Under the pieces are notes generated by a model that was not told the DNA's origin, did no database searches, and saw only the letters and a program-made list of their open reading frames with translations. A DNA stretch of 64,000 bases, from contig NC_058375.1 of NCBI RefSeq assembly GCF_018350175.1, positions 93,558,001 through 93,622,000 of the forward strand, written 5' to 3'. This DNA is from Felis catus. Lineage: Eukaryota. Both the position numbers and the translations under genes were made by a program. Position 1 is the stretch's first letter, and each line of letters opens with the position of its first letter. This document shows positions 13,725 through 26,290 of the stretch, piece by piece.

Positions 13725-13889
13725 GGAAAAGATGCTCGACGTCTATCAGAGAAATGCAAGCACAAACCACAAAAAGAGATATCACTTCATGCCACGAGGA
13801 TGGCTATAGAAGTGTTGATGAGGATGTGGAGAAATTACTTGAGAATGTAAAATGGTGTCGCTTCTCAGGAAAAGATATGGTGGTTCTTC

Positions 13890-13920
<31 letters not shown>

Positions 13921-14745
13921 AAAGCACGGAGTTACATGACCCAGCAATTTTGCTTCTAGGTGTAGGTACTCAAGAGAAAAGAAAACGTATGTCCCACCCA
14001 GAAACTTGTATATGAATGTTCATGGCAGCATCATTCATGACAGCCAAAAGGTGGACACAGCCCAAATGTGCACCGATTGATGAAGGAGGAAGCAAAGGTC
14101 CTGTGTCTACTCCATGGAATATTGTTTGGTCATAAAAGGAATAGTGGCCCTGATTCGTGCTATAACATGGACATACCTTGAAAACATTATGTGAAAAAAA
14201 AAAGCAGCCAATCACAAAAGATCACATAGTGTCTGATTCCATTTATATGTCATGTCCAGAATAAGCAAATCTATCAAGTTAGAAAGTAGATTAGGGCACC
14301 TGGGTGTCTCAGTCGGTTAAGCGTCCGACTTCAGCTCAGGTCATGATCTCGCAGTTTGTGAGTTCGAGTCCTGCGTCGGGCTCTGTGCTGACAGCTCAGA
14401 GCCTAGAGCCTGCTTCGGATTTTGTGTCTCCCTCTCTCTCTGCCCCTTCCCCACTTGTACTCTCTGTCTCTCAAAAATAAATAAATAAACATTAAAAAAA
14501 AAGAAAAGAAAGTAGATTAGTGATTGCCTAGAGCTGTGGGAGATAGGCTGGAGGGAAATGAGGACTAACTAATTGCTCATGGTAGGAGCTTTCTTTCAGG
14601 CTTGCTGCAAATGTCCCCAAATAGGCTGCAGGGATGGTTGCACAACTCTGTGAATATGCTAAAAACCACTGAACTGTGCACTTCAAATGGTGGGTTGAAT
14701 GCTGTGTAAGTTATATCTCAATGAAGCTACTAAAGAGTAAGTGTT
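13725..14745 (+). mobile_element. L1MB-like 3' fragment, interrupted by a SINE
   Basis: gaaatgcaagcacaaaccac...catgacccagcaattt...gctaaaaaccactgaactgtgcacttcaaatgg...ttatatctcaatgaagct. Confidence 0.85.
14294..14506 (+). mobile_element. SINEC_Fc
   Basis: Full body; TSD agaaagtagattag at 14281-14294 and 14507-14520. Confidence 0.95.
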
Positions 14746-14759
14746 AAAAAAAAAAAACT

Positions 14760-15280
14760 TTTATAGCAATTTGACATCGCTGTGACATCCAAGAGGATGG
14801 TCCCTTTTCTAGTAATTGATTTTTATTTGTCTTATTTTATTTTACAAAAGAATCAGTCCGTGACAGATTGGAATTTAAAAAAAAAAAACAACAACCAAAA
14901 AATGAAAACAGAACAGGTTGTCTATGACAGATCATGCGAAAGGCACTGTTCTGGTCTATTTCATTATTATTTTTTAAAAATTATAGGGGTGCCTGGGTGG
15001 CGCAGTCGGTTAAGCGTCCGACTTCAGCCAGGTCACGATCTCGCGGTCCGGGAGTTCGAGCCCCGCGTCAGGCTCTGGGCTGATTGCTCAGAGCCCGGAG
15101 CCTGTTTCCGATTCTGTGTCTCCCTCTCTCTCTGCCCCTCCCCCGTTCATGCTCTGTCTCTGTCCCAAAAATAAATAAAAAACGTTGAAAAAAAATTAAA
15201 AAAAAAATTATAGTTTAAAAGCATGAAGTTGCTTTCATTATCTACTAACGGCTTATGACCTATAGTTTGAAAAGTGCTGC
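14760..15280. mobile_element. hAT-Charlie (MER119-like) DNA transposon fragment, interrupted by a SINE
   Basis: Terminus ctaacggcttatgacctatagtttgaaaagtgctg resembles ...gacccgcagtttgaaaaacactg. Confidence 0.45.
14986..15205 (+). mobile_element. SINEC_Fc, young CpG-rich subfamily
   Basis: Diagnostic tggcgcagtcgg / cttcagccaggtcacgatctcgcggtccg; TSD aaaaattatag. Confidence 0.95.
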
Positions 15281-15379
15281 AAAGTCCTGCTCCAGGGGCC
15301 CATGGCACGCAGGCGGGTAAAGTCCGCTCTGGTCAAGGTTCTTAGCAATCCATCCAAGGTGGGGGGGGCACCTGCAGGC

Positions 15380-15800
15380 TAAACTCAAGGCCATATCTGT
15401 GACCTGACTCCTGGCCACCCCTCCCACCTCATCTATCACGATGTTCCCACACAGACCCTCCTCTCCAGTCACGTCCAACAATGTGCTTTTCAGAGCAGGC
15501 CAAACACTCTCAGATCCCAGGGTCTTTGCAGATGCAGCGTCCTCTGCTAGGACGACAACCCTCCCGTGCCACCCACCTGGAAATCACCACGTTGTTCTCC
15601 AAGCTGCAGCCCGGACATCATCTGGGGACTGGCTTTCTCTTTGCACCTCTTTCCCCGAGTCCATAAAAGCAATCATCACACAGCATGGCATCACACGCCT
15701 GCCGGTCTGTCCCACCCTGTGGACGGTAAACTTCCTGAGGGTGGGTGTGATGGTTGCTTCATCTTTACATCCTGGCATAACCCAAGGGGCATAACCCAAA
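15380..15800 (+). mobile_element. L2 LINE 3' fragment
   Basis: cagggtctttgcagatgc...ggacggtaaacttcctgagggtggg. Confidence 0.6.
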
Positions 15801-16302
15801 GCATGAGTGTGGGAGAGTTCACCCCCACTTATATGAAAACTGGGGTGCTCCTGTCTCTGACACCAGGGCAAAGAGATGGGCAGAGCCCCCTTCCAGTAAA
15901 TGCTACCCACCACCCCCATCCCTGGCCTGGGCTCTCCCTTCCCATGTGGTTCTGGGCACATCTCCCAGTACCGTGGGTTTCCGAGGCGATGCTTATCTAT
16001 CTTTTCTTCCTTACATCCTCTACCTTGGTACCAACTACCTCAGACATCTCTTTCTGTTTCACACTGATCATGGTGTATCTGGGGCTACAGTCTACCATTC
16101 CCAGGCTTCTTTGATGTGGAAAATTCTTTTTTTTGCACTGTGCCTTTCAGAGGCAAAGTCTCAGTTTCTAAACATGTTACTCAAAAAAGGATCCCACCCC
16201 CCACCCCCGCCCCATTTGGCCCAAGTTTTTATGTCCAACTGGACTCAGGCTACTATTTATGATACATGGTATTATGTTAATCTTGTTTCTCCCTCCCTCC
16301 CT

Positions 16303-16306
<4 letters not shown>

Positions 16307-16353
<47 letters not shown>
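16307..16353 (+). repeat. (CT)n microsatellite
   Basis: About 23 CT units. Confidence 0.95.
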
Positions 16354-16354
<1 letters not shown>

Positions 16355-16614
16355 AGCATGTGACCACTTAGCACTATTAAAGTGTAAAAGGTCAAATTAC
16401 TCTCGATGAGGTGAGCGGCACACACCAATTGAGGCAGACAAGCAGATTAAAACACATTGTTGTGATGATTTAAAAAGGCAGCGAAAAGCAGGTGGAACTA
16501 AGCTCCAGTTGGTCCAGGTCTGGCGCAAATCAGAAGTAACCTTCGTTTCATTACCATTAGCCACTTTCAAGCTGAGTTGGGACTGAATGTGTGTCTTTAC
16601 CACACTAACAAGGC

Positions 16615-16830
16615 AGCTCGGCGCAGCATTCAGAAGCAGGGGCTCTGGGAATGGAATGTGTGGATTCGTACCCCGGCTCTACAGTGGACCAGCTGTGCGG
16701 TGCTGGCCGAGTTCCTTAACTTCTCTGTGCTCTTGTTTCCTTTCGGTAAAAGGGGGATAGCAATTGTGTGGATCGCGTAGGACTAATGTGAGAATGAAAT
16801 GAATTAGCCCAAAAGGGCACAGAGCACACC
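16615..16830 (+). mobile_element. MIR SINE
   Basis: agctgtgcggtgctggccgagttccttaacttctctgtgctcttgtttcctttcggtaaaaggggg. Confidence 0.7.
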
Positions 16831-17629
16831 CTAGGGCGGAGAATGCGAGCAAGACAGGAGGGGGGCAGACAGGCTTCGGATGCAAAGCCTGTGCCAGTCC
16901 TGCCTTAGCGCTAGACATTTGGAGAAGTAGACACTTGATACCTTGTTTAATTCTTACGATTATCCTGTGAGGTACATTGTGTTACCCTCGTTTGCAGCAC
17001 AGTTTGCCTTAGAGACATTAGGACGGGGGAAAAAAAAAGGAGCAAAGAAATTACGGTTTAAAGTAGGGCAAAACAACGAATGATTTCAGGTCATGTCAAC
17101 AGTTTCTCTCACTCAAGATCAAAGCGAAAACTAGTAGGAGGTGATGCTTGCTTGCCCATCTAAGGCTGTGAAAATGCTGGCAGGGCTGGTTCCCGAAACA
17201 CATCCCTGTTCTAGTCGCACAGCCTGACCGCTGAGCCACTCCGTTTCGCCGTTAAACCTCTGAAGAATCCTGGTGAGAAGGGAGTTGTAACGTCCCCAGT
17301 TTATGGCTGGGGAAGTGAGCCACCTCAGGCAGCCAGCGAGCAACAGAGAAGTGCCTGGAACCCAGGTCCTTTGGTGACCGTGAGCACTGACCGTTGACCA
17401 CAGACGGTCCCCTGCCCCACCCTTCGCGGATATAATGGCATCAACAGTTCAGACCTTTGCACAGGCCGTGGTGGTTTTCCAAGGCGGAATGCTCCCATAC
17501 TCTCAGTGTCAAGCTCAGGAAAACGCCACAGATGGGCTCCCACACACAGGTCACCCTGCTAGGGCACTTGGGTTGGGACGGGACAGTCAAGTCACCTCTT
17601 CGCAGTCCCCTTTCCTCCTGGTGGCGGCT

Positions 17630-17852
17630 CTTTTTTTTTTTTTTTTTTTAATTTTTTTAATGTTTATTTGAGAGACAGAGACAGAGTGTGAGCGGGGGAG
17701 GGACAGAGAGGGGGAGACACAGAATCCGAAGTGGGCTCCAGGCTCCGAGCCTGTCAGCACAGAGCCCGATGTGGGGCTCGAACCCACGAACCGTGAGATC
17801 ATGCCTTGAGCCGAAGTCGGACGCTTAACCGACTGAGCCACGCAGGTGCCCC
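17630..17852 (-). mobile_element. SINEC_Fc
   Basis: Poly-T tail plus full antisense body. Confidence 0.95.
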
Positions 17853-19299
17853 TCGGTGGCATCTTTTGGTGGCCTTTCCCACCAGTAGTCCTCAGGGGGG
17901 AACCATGTAAACGCATCAGAGACTCATAATCTTGAGTCTGAAAAGGGGGTATTGAGGTATTGGGGTGCTGATCCCCTTTCCTCTCAATTACATATTTAGT
18001 AAGTAAATGGGATTCCATTGACTCTGATTCTAATCCCAAGGATTTCTCATGAGTCACACAAAACCTGAACCCGCCTGTGGAAATTCAAGCAACTTTTGCT
18101 TATTCCTTACAGATGACTTTGAATCATTTGTAGCAATTGCTCAATTGGGAAGCTTTAAATGAAAACATAAACTTTCTCAGCTTAAGTCTGTGTTTCATCC
18201 AGTGACAGTTTCGTTGTTTTGTTACCTCTTTCCCCCCACCCTTCCTTGAGAGCAGGAAAGATTTTCTCCCCCATTATCACATGCACAGTGTCCAACACAG
18301 AACTGGCACATAATAGAAGTTAAACAAATGTTGGCTGGATGGATGAAGGCATAAATGGATGGCTGGAGGGACAGATGACAGATGGATGAATGGCAAGACA
18401 GACCCATAGATCTGTGGCCAGCTAGGTGGACAAGGCCACAGCATTGACAGTGCTGAACTGTGATACAGTTGTTAGCTACTTTCTCATGAGGACGTTGGTG
18501 GACTGAATGTTTGCTGAGCTAACCCGGCAGAAAATCTTAGCTATTGACTGGTTTTGAAAAAGACATGTAAGTAAGATCTTTACTTATGCATCAGCTAGTT
18601 GCTTTTCCCTGCTGCCATTTTGTTGGCTTAATTTTTCAGCAATGATACGCATGTCAAATAGATATGATTAACATCCTTTGAAGGACTCCTGGCCCGGAAG
18701 CCACAGAACTGTCCAGACTAGAGTCTGTGCCATGGAGCTGGCACCTTTTCGGCCTCCAGCATGCCTCAACACCCTGTAAGAGGTGTCCCTGTGCTTCCGC
18801 ACCAACTCAGAGTTCCCAGACCAAAGAACACAATTTCTGCCCCTCCAGGGACACCCTCCCCATCAGGAGGGGCAGAGAGCTTGCAAGAGTGAGCAGACTG
18901 GACAGACAGTCCACCGGGAGGGCTGTGGGTAATGCTTCACGTTCCTGTTAATAGTGGACTGGGACAGCAAACCTGTTAGAAGAAGCGCCCTCTGTTCCTG
19001 CTGTTGTCCCGCTAACCTCCATTAGACCTGCCAGTCAAGCCTTTGTCTGCTCTGCTCTCCACCCTGAGTCTGACATCCCTCTGGCAGGAGGGCACTGGCC
19101 AGCTGCCCTATGGTTATTCCTGCTCTGCCACCGCCCCCACTCCCCGACCTGGCTTCTTGTTACTCAGGTCTATCTCCGGCCCACATCCTGCTCAGTTCTG
19201 CCTAAGGCCCAGCGTAGGATTGGTCGGTTCTGATAGAATGTTCTGCATAGTAGCAGGCTGAAGTGTTCCTGATGATAATTCCATCTCTTGATTCCGTTT

Positions 19300-22200
19300 C
19301 CATCCCCTGGGGCAATACTGAAGACTCCCATCTTCTGCATGAGGCTCCTTCAGGGTTTTGAAGACAACTAACGTGTCCCCTTAAGACTTCCCTCAAAGCT
19401 GACAGCTCCAGTTCTGGCAACAGTTGCCCCGAGTTTCGCTTTCCAGACCTTCAGCATTCTAGACATTTTGTGGCATGACCAATGTACTCTGGAGAAGTCT
19501 TTTAGAAGACTGACCAACTGTCCCAGATTGGAGAAGACTAAGGAGATACGACAGGTAAGTGCGGTGGGGGAGCCCGGATTGGGTTCTGGGCCAGAGAAGG
19601 GAGTGTAGTGGGACACTGACTTAATTGACCTAATTGGATCTCTAAATTAGCTGGGGCTGGGGCGGGGAGGAGCGGCGCACAGGAGACATTTGCAAGAGAT
19701 CCAAGGCAGAAATGGGAGTGCTGGGGAGGGGTCTGGGCAGGTCAAGACACTGCTTGCTGCTCACACCTTGTTGTTCATCTGCTGGTTTATTTGCTGAGGC
19801 AGCACAGTGCCAGGCCTACAGCCCCTGCCTGATCTGCTTCAGCGTCTGTGACTGCTCGGCCTAGAAGGGCATCCTTGGGAAAGAACGCTCTGGGATCTCA
19901 AGGCTGCTCATTTTATATTTCATATATGCCGAGCGTTTTCCTTGGAAACCCTTCTTCTCCTGGCCGGTTCTCGGACCTCGTTCCTTCTGTGTCTCAATGC
20001 CGGCCGTCAATTATCTGGTTTTCCCAGCAGACGCTTGGATGACTTATATGAAAATCATTTTGGTCATTGGGAAGGAACTTGATTACTGAGTGAGTTATTA
20101 CTGGTACATCCATATCTACGTGGTCTAAAATTGTGCGAACTTTTTGAGTAACCAGGTCATAGCGCTGTCTCCTTTTAAGCCGGGATCAGCTGTAAATCTC
20201 CAGAAATTTTCCCATATGGGTTGTTCTCAATCCAGGTCTCCTACAGTTTATTCCTGCACAGTGGATTTTGGAACCTTAGCTTTACATTTTTCCCCATAAA
20301 ATATCATCTTGGGACTTTCCACTCATCGTTCATGGCTAACATGATTAATTTGGAATGTGGGATCTGACATCTGTCATGTTATCCCCTGCTGACCTCGTGT
20401 CACTTACATCTTTGATAAGAACACATCCAAAGTCCTGTCCAAGTGACAATACAGGCCGGAAGCATGCAATCTTCAGTGGGTCAGCATCAATCAATCGGTT
20501 GAACTGAGTGTTAAGCGGGCTAAAACCCCTTATGCTTGTAGTACCATCCAGCTCACATCTCTCTCGTTTCTACGCAAAAATATTCTAAGGTGCTGTCAGT
20601 TCCGCATCTTAGCAGGTAAGACAGCTGCTTGATAACCTGTAACTAGTATAACTTGCTTTACCAGACTGGAACTCACGTAAGATTCCCCTCGTTTATTTTC
20701 CAGGTTAATCTCTGGAATCCCCACGTGCCCAAATCAATTTGTTTCTGGGACTACCATAACAAAGCACCACAAACTTGGTGGCTTCGAACAATAAAAAGGT
20801 ATCCTCTCACAGTTCAGGAGGCCAGAAGTCTGAAATCAAGGTGTGGGCAGGATTGGTTCCTCCTGGGGGCTCTGTGGGAAGATCTGTTCGAACGCTCCCA
20901 GTTTCTGGTGTTTCCCAGCAATCCTTGCCGTTCCTTGGCTTGTAGCTGTCTTACTACAGTTTCTGCCTCTGCGGTTGCCTGGCCTTCTTCGCTGGGTGTC
21001 TCTGTGCGTCCTTCTCTCGTCCTAGAAGAATACCAGTTGTGTTAGATTTAGGGCCTACCCTAATCCAGTATGACCTCACGTTAGTTACATCTACATGGAC
21101 CTTATTTCCAAACAAGTTCACGTTCTGAGGTTTCAGACAGATGGAGGTTCAGGGGATGAGGGAGTGGGGTGGGAAACACCGTTCAACCCAGTGTACCAAC
21201 TAAACAAAAATCTCTCTCTCCCTGCGGCCTGTGCGCGGTTGTGCCGTCAGTGCAGTGCTCGGCGGAGGGAACCAGGCTCTCTCTCTGCCGCTATCACCTG
21301 TATCGCTGTTAAAAACAGAAGGCCCCACCCAGCCCCTGCTGCACGAACGATGACAGTCTAGCCCTCGGCACAGGCCATCATGAGTCTTCCCCAGCGTCAC
21401 GCTTACACAAGAACGCGCCACACTGGGCTCCTCCTCCAAATCCTCTCTGCTGGGGCAGCTGGGCCAGGAGGGTGCGTCAGCCACAGCTATGCTCTATGCT
21501 GGAAAACAATCAAGTCAACATTTGACACTTTCCCTCCCTCCCTGGTTAGTCGTCTCCTGGGTGGTGGACAGCTCTGGGCCTTCTGGTCAGGTATGACCAT
21601 TTCAGCACATTAGAGAACATCCAGTAGTACTTAGCCTCAAACCCAAAGGCATCAGTCCTGATCCTCTTTCTCCCAGGCTCCTTGCACCCATATAAATTTG
21701 TCCAATTGCGTCTGGCCACCAGCTATTCATACCAAGGAACATGGAAGAGAATGGCCTCCGTCAAGCCATACAACCGGGGAAAGCGTTCAATTATATCCTG
21801 TTCTCAGGATAATGGTGCTGGCTGCCTACGTTTATACAACTGAAGGGTCCCATTCTTGAGATTGTTCTAGGAACAAAGACTTCCTCCAAGGTGACTTGCT
21901 GCCTCCACCCTCCTGGCTGGTGACTTTGAAATGGTGGCTTATCGAGGTAGAAGGATCTAAACTTCCACTTTCTAGACACCCTATCACACATCCAGTACAT
22001 ATTTGTGCCATGAATCAACGTAAAGTTTGGAAATCAGAAGTAATTAAACTTACCCGAATGCACATGTTTTTCCTTTTTTGAAAACTGAGAAACATCTCAT
22101 GTTTCCCTGGCTATTGGCTCCTTTCCCAAATTTCTCAGAATTCATGGACAGCGGCTCTGTAATCTTATCTCCAAGCTCTGATGGGATTCATCCAAAGCCG

Positions 22201-22570
22201 GCGCTCATGTAATGTGGCCAGATGTTCCCACACCTCTTCTCTGATCTTGGGCTTGATAGTCTTCTCCTGGAATTTGCCTTTTATACTTTCTGGTTTGAGC
22301 GTTACTCTTCTGCAGGGAGAAAAACATTATGCATTAAAAATTATGCCCTTTCCGCTAAGTGTGGGGCCTGGCTCTTCCTTGCCATTTTTCTTGTTCCAAA
22401 TAATTTTCTAAAACAGTCTTTCTGTGGCCTCAGCCATTGGTTTAAGGCTCAGCTCGTGTTACGCATTAGTATTCCTGACACTAGTCTTGCAGGTTTGTGC
22501 TTTTTGGCATTTGTATTTGGCCCTCTGCCCCCTCCCACTGTTATACACTCTCTTTGAAACGCTGGACTCG
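19300..22570 (-). mobile_element. CR1/L3 LINE ORF2 relic (RT region), interrupted by MLT1
   Basis: Minus-strand decayed CR1 motifs: ELGDKITEPLSMNSEK...VFKKG (~22075-22190), AQTCKTSVRNTNA*HELSL (~22445-22505) and an IKFADDTKL-like region (~20390-20445). Confidence 0.7.
20735..21195 (-). mobile_element. MLT1 (B/C-like) MaLR solo LTR
   Basis: ccataacaaagcaccacaaacttggtggct...ctcacagttcaggaggccagaagtctgaaatcaaggtgt...ccttatttccaaacaagttcacgttctgaggt. Confidence 0.85.
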
Positions 22571-22639
22571 CTCTGTACTCTCCGTTGTTTCTTTAGATGA
22601 TCCCTCCTCCTCTCCACCTTTCTCCGTGATGTCATCGGT

Positions 22640-22940
22640 CTATTCCTCACTCCACAAATATTTGCGCAGTACCTGCCATGCGTTAGGCACAGCGCTGGGC
22701 ACTACTGTTAAACCAGGCAACAAAGCCAGACACGGCGCCTGCTCTTACAGATTCAGGGAAACAGAGAGTATTCAAATAATCGAGCAAATAGTATAAAATT
22801 GCAACCGTGATAACCGCGAAGAAAAAGAGGTACATAGGATTTTGAGGTTTTTTTAAATCTAGTCTGAGATACGAAAAGGGATCATTCAGTTAAGATCTAA
22901 AAGACGAGGAGGAAGTGTTTATTGAGGTCAAAAAGGGAGA
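22640..22940 (-). mobile_element. L2 3' end (left part; resumes at ~31765)
   Basis: cacaaatatttgcgcagtacctgccatgcgttaggcac...; continues past the L1/ERV insertion. Confidence 0.7.
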
Positions 22941-22944
22941 AGAA

Positions 22945-23509
22945 AACAATCCAATTAAAAAAGGCGCAAACGATCTGAACAGACATAGATATACAAAGTA
23001 GGTATACAGATGGTAAATAACATATGAAATGATGTTCAACATCATAGTCATTAGGAAATTGCAATGTAAAACAACAATGACATACCACTACACACCCATT
23101 AGAATGGCCAAATCCAAAACACTGATAACGCCAAACGCTGATGAAGATATGGAGCAGGAGGAGCTCTCCTTCACCACTAGTGGGAATGCAAAATGGTACC
23201 ACCACTTGAGAAGAAAGTTGGGCAGTTTCTTAAAGAACTACAAATACTCTTACCACAGGATCCAACAGTTATTTGGTATTTGCCCNNNNNNNNNNNNNNN
23301 NNNNNNNNNNNNNNNNNNNNNNNNNNNNNNNNNNNNNNNNNNNNNNNNNNNNNNNNNNNNNNNNNNNNNNNNNNNNNNNNNNNNNNNNNNNNNNNNNNNN
23401 NNNNNNNNNNNNNNNNNNNNNNNNNNNNNNNNNNNNNNNNNNNNNNNNNNNNNNNNNNNNNAAGGCATGGAAGGGGGAACCTTACAAAAGCATATTGCTA
23501 AGTGAAAGA
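22945..23509 (+). mobile_element. L1MC-like 3' region, left part (ERV target)
   Basis: aacaatccaattaaaaaaggcgcaaacgatctgaacagaca...gctaagtgaaaga; ORF2 C-terminal remnant ending GNAKWY. Confidence 0.85.
23286..23461. other. Assembly gap
   Basis: Run of N. Confidence 1.
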
Positions 23510-24334
23510 TGTCGTAGACTCTGGGTCTAAAGTTCTCTCTTGTCTAGCAAAAGAACGGGACGCAAGATTGAAAGCAAGAGAGGCTAATGTCTGGGAAAAG
23601 ACAAGAGCCCCGAATAAGGGTCCTTGCCTGGTATTTATTCAAATCAGAAGGCTTACAAATGTGATGGGTGTGTACAAAGGGACAAAGAAGCTGGGAACAT
23701 TAACTTGGGGACGTGAGGGAAAAGGGGGTTTTGAAGATATACAGTGTTTGGGGTTTGGGTCAATATAAAACAAAATCCGGGCGCCAGGCAGATGGGTGGA
23801 TGGCTGTTAATGGCAGATAGGAGGTTCTGGGCCTGTTTCCCTTAGCCTAGGGGATGAGACAGGTAGGGGGAATAACCTCAGGGTTGACAAGGCACCTTTT
23901 CTTTTGTTAACCCTCTCTGCTCTGGGCTGCTTTGCCTGCAGCAAAGCGGTCCATAGTCCAATTCACCGAGTTACCTAACCTGGCCCTATCCTCCTGTGAA
24001 AGCAGCTTTTCTGCCATGGTACTAAATTGGGGGTGCTTTCACCCTGAACATCTAAAATCTTGTTTATTTCCTATTCCTGTGTACTGGGCACCTTTGCACC
24101 GTTCCTAGTTTAGGCCTTTGCCTCTGCCTCTCTATTCTGGGAGCTCTGCACCCCCTCCCTATCTTGGGGTGCCTTTGCACCTCTCTATTCTTGGCATCTT
24201 TGCGCCTCCCTATTCTTGGGGTGTCAATCTGGTTTACCCAAACTCAGGTGTAAGCATTTTACGGCTTTGTATTTCTTTATGCCTTGTTAACTCATTGGTG
24301 TAAACTCGGGGGATTATTAAGCTTATCTCCCACA
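23510..24334 (-). mobile_element. 3' LTR (825 bp)
   Basis: Minus strand TGTGGGAG...CGACA; AATAAA at ~23634-23639; about 17 differences from the other LTR by eye. Confidence 0.97.
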
Positions 24335-24347
24335 GTTCCCCCTTTTT
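24335..24347 (-). promoter_or_regulatory. Polypurine tract
   Basis: Minus strand AAAAAGGGGGAAC directly before the 3' LTR TG. Confidence 0.9.
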
Positions 24348-26264
24348 GTTTTGTTTTGTTTGTTTGTTTGTTTTTTGTTTTTAGCTTCGTGTTCAAGGAC
24401 CCTCATGATGAGTTCCTGGTCCTTCTTTTGCTTTTGGATGGCTTGGAGGGTGATTCTGCAAAGACCTAAAAAGAGACACAGTAATGGCATTTTGCTTCCC
24501 AAAGTTATCCAGAATTTGAGATGGGTGCTAGCTGTAAGTGAGAAAGGATTTTAGGTCATGCCACATTTCCCAGGAATCAGTCCATTCATTTTTTAAGCCG
24601 ATCCTCTGCATATTGTAGCTGTTGGTGCAATGTCACATCTAAATCTTCTATATCTTCAGAGAGGTGGGAAGAGAAGACACTGTGAAGGTGTGTCTGGACA
24701 GCATCCCAAGCTTGGGAGTGATTATAAGGAATTCCATTCATGCAGATATGCTGGTAGTTAGGGTCACAGGGCAGTTTAGAGGGGAGGAACAAGGCCTGCT
24801 GTTTCTTTCCAAAAGTTTCACTGCAGCCTCAAGAGCTTTGAGGCGGGCCAAAACTTGTCTATCAATAGAAGTTTGGGTTATAAATTTTTTGGTAGTGTTG
24901 ACCATAAATTTATTAAGGACGTGGGCTGTCTGGATAGTATGATGCAGGCTGATTTCAGCTACAGTAGCAGAGGCGATAACACTGACTGCTGCAAGGATGC
25001 CCATGATTAACGGGCTAACAAATCTTTTTTGCCTTGCAGCAGAGTACCAGTGCTGAACAAGCTTGGAAAGCGAGCCTAGTCCTGATGGATGTCTATAGGG
25101 TTCAGAGCTATTAATAGGAACCCAGGTTGAGATGCACTAAGTACTAACAAGGAGGAGATGTTTAATTGGGTGATGTTATTATTACTTACGCAGGACATAA
25201 ACCAACCCTGAGTGATAGAGATATTATAATTATTTCCTAGTTGTCGGATCTGTAAGGTGGAGGTAGCAAAGAGAACGTAGGGAGAAGGGATGCAAATAGT
25301 GGTCCATGTGAATTAGTTATTGTACAGGGAGGTCCCAGTTAGGTTAGCATGTTGCTTTACATGAATCTCACTGTGGCTAATACTAGGAGGGAAGAAGGGA
25401 AGACTTAGCTTCCAAAGATTAACAAGCCAAGGTCCTTTTAATTTCCCTTTATGTGCAGAAATTATAGGGCCAGACAAACCTCCATCTTTCCAAAAAATAT
25501 TCTCCCTACTAGGCTGGCCAAAGGATATGGTCTTACTAGAATATTTTGTTTCAAGATGTCCTCAAGGACCCCTGTCAGTAATAGTCCAATTTCCCCAGTG
25601 AAGATGATGCTCAGTCTCTCCATAACAGGTTGTCCAGGAAATTTATTACAGGGGTGGCCTGACTTTTGAGACCAGAGCAAGCTATAACATTAGCAGTGTG
25701 AGATATGTTTGTTTTTTGAGGTATATCAAAGCATGTGGCTGAGAAAAAGGTAAAATTGACTGGCCTCGTAGAGGTTTTGGGTTGATTTTTAGTTGGAGAC
25801 CAGCAGATAAGTTGCTAAGTTTAGAAACACACATAGGAGGTGCTTGAGTAAGCCATCATTGAGCTCTTGGCATGTAAAGCCAATGCTCTTGTTCAGTTTG
25901 GAAGGGCGGGTTAAGACTGGCTCCTCCCATGAACTCTGTCATTACTGCTAATAGGAAAATCCCAGGCTAGGAGTGTTAAGCTATCAAATATAGATGGGTT
26001 CAGGAGATGAGCCCAATATGAATATTGAGCTTGGCCTGGACAAATGAAGCCAAGAAGAATCAGGGTTACACATAGAGAATTTTTGTTAATGGCAGACATC
26101 ATGGCTATCAGATGTGAATTGGGGGTACATGCAATATCATTGTATTGTAAGAGGATGCCGGCCTGGTTAGACAGGCATTGAAGGCTTCCCCATGTTCTAT
26201 CAGGGGCAAGGACTTGCGATTGTGGAGTGGCCTCAGGATGAGGAGTCCATGAAGAGGCTTCCAT
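24340..26264 (-). pseudogene. env: Decayed beta-type env (signal peptide, SU, TM)
   Basis: TWGSLQCL...YSYWAHLLNP at the N-terminus; furin site RQKR (25023-25034) followed by fusion peptide FVSPLIMGILAAVSVIASATVA; heptad SIDRQVLARLKALE; CX7C loop CDPNYQHIC; multiple frameshifts and stops. Confidence 0.92.
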
Positions 26265-26290
26265 CTTGTAAAAAGGGGGCTGGTAGCCAC

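Noticed and set aside
19545-19565. Perfect splice donor CAG/GTAAGT
   Set aside because: No supportable upstream acceptor or coding exon, and it lies in or next to L3-derived DNA.
24118-24303. Identical 61-aa ORF in both LTRs, considered as a sag-like LTR gene
   Set aside because: Antisense to the provirus, short, non-ATG start; the identity simply reflects LTR duplication.
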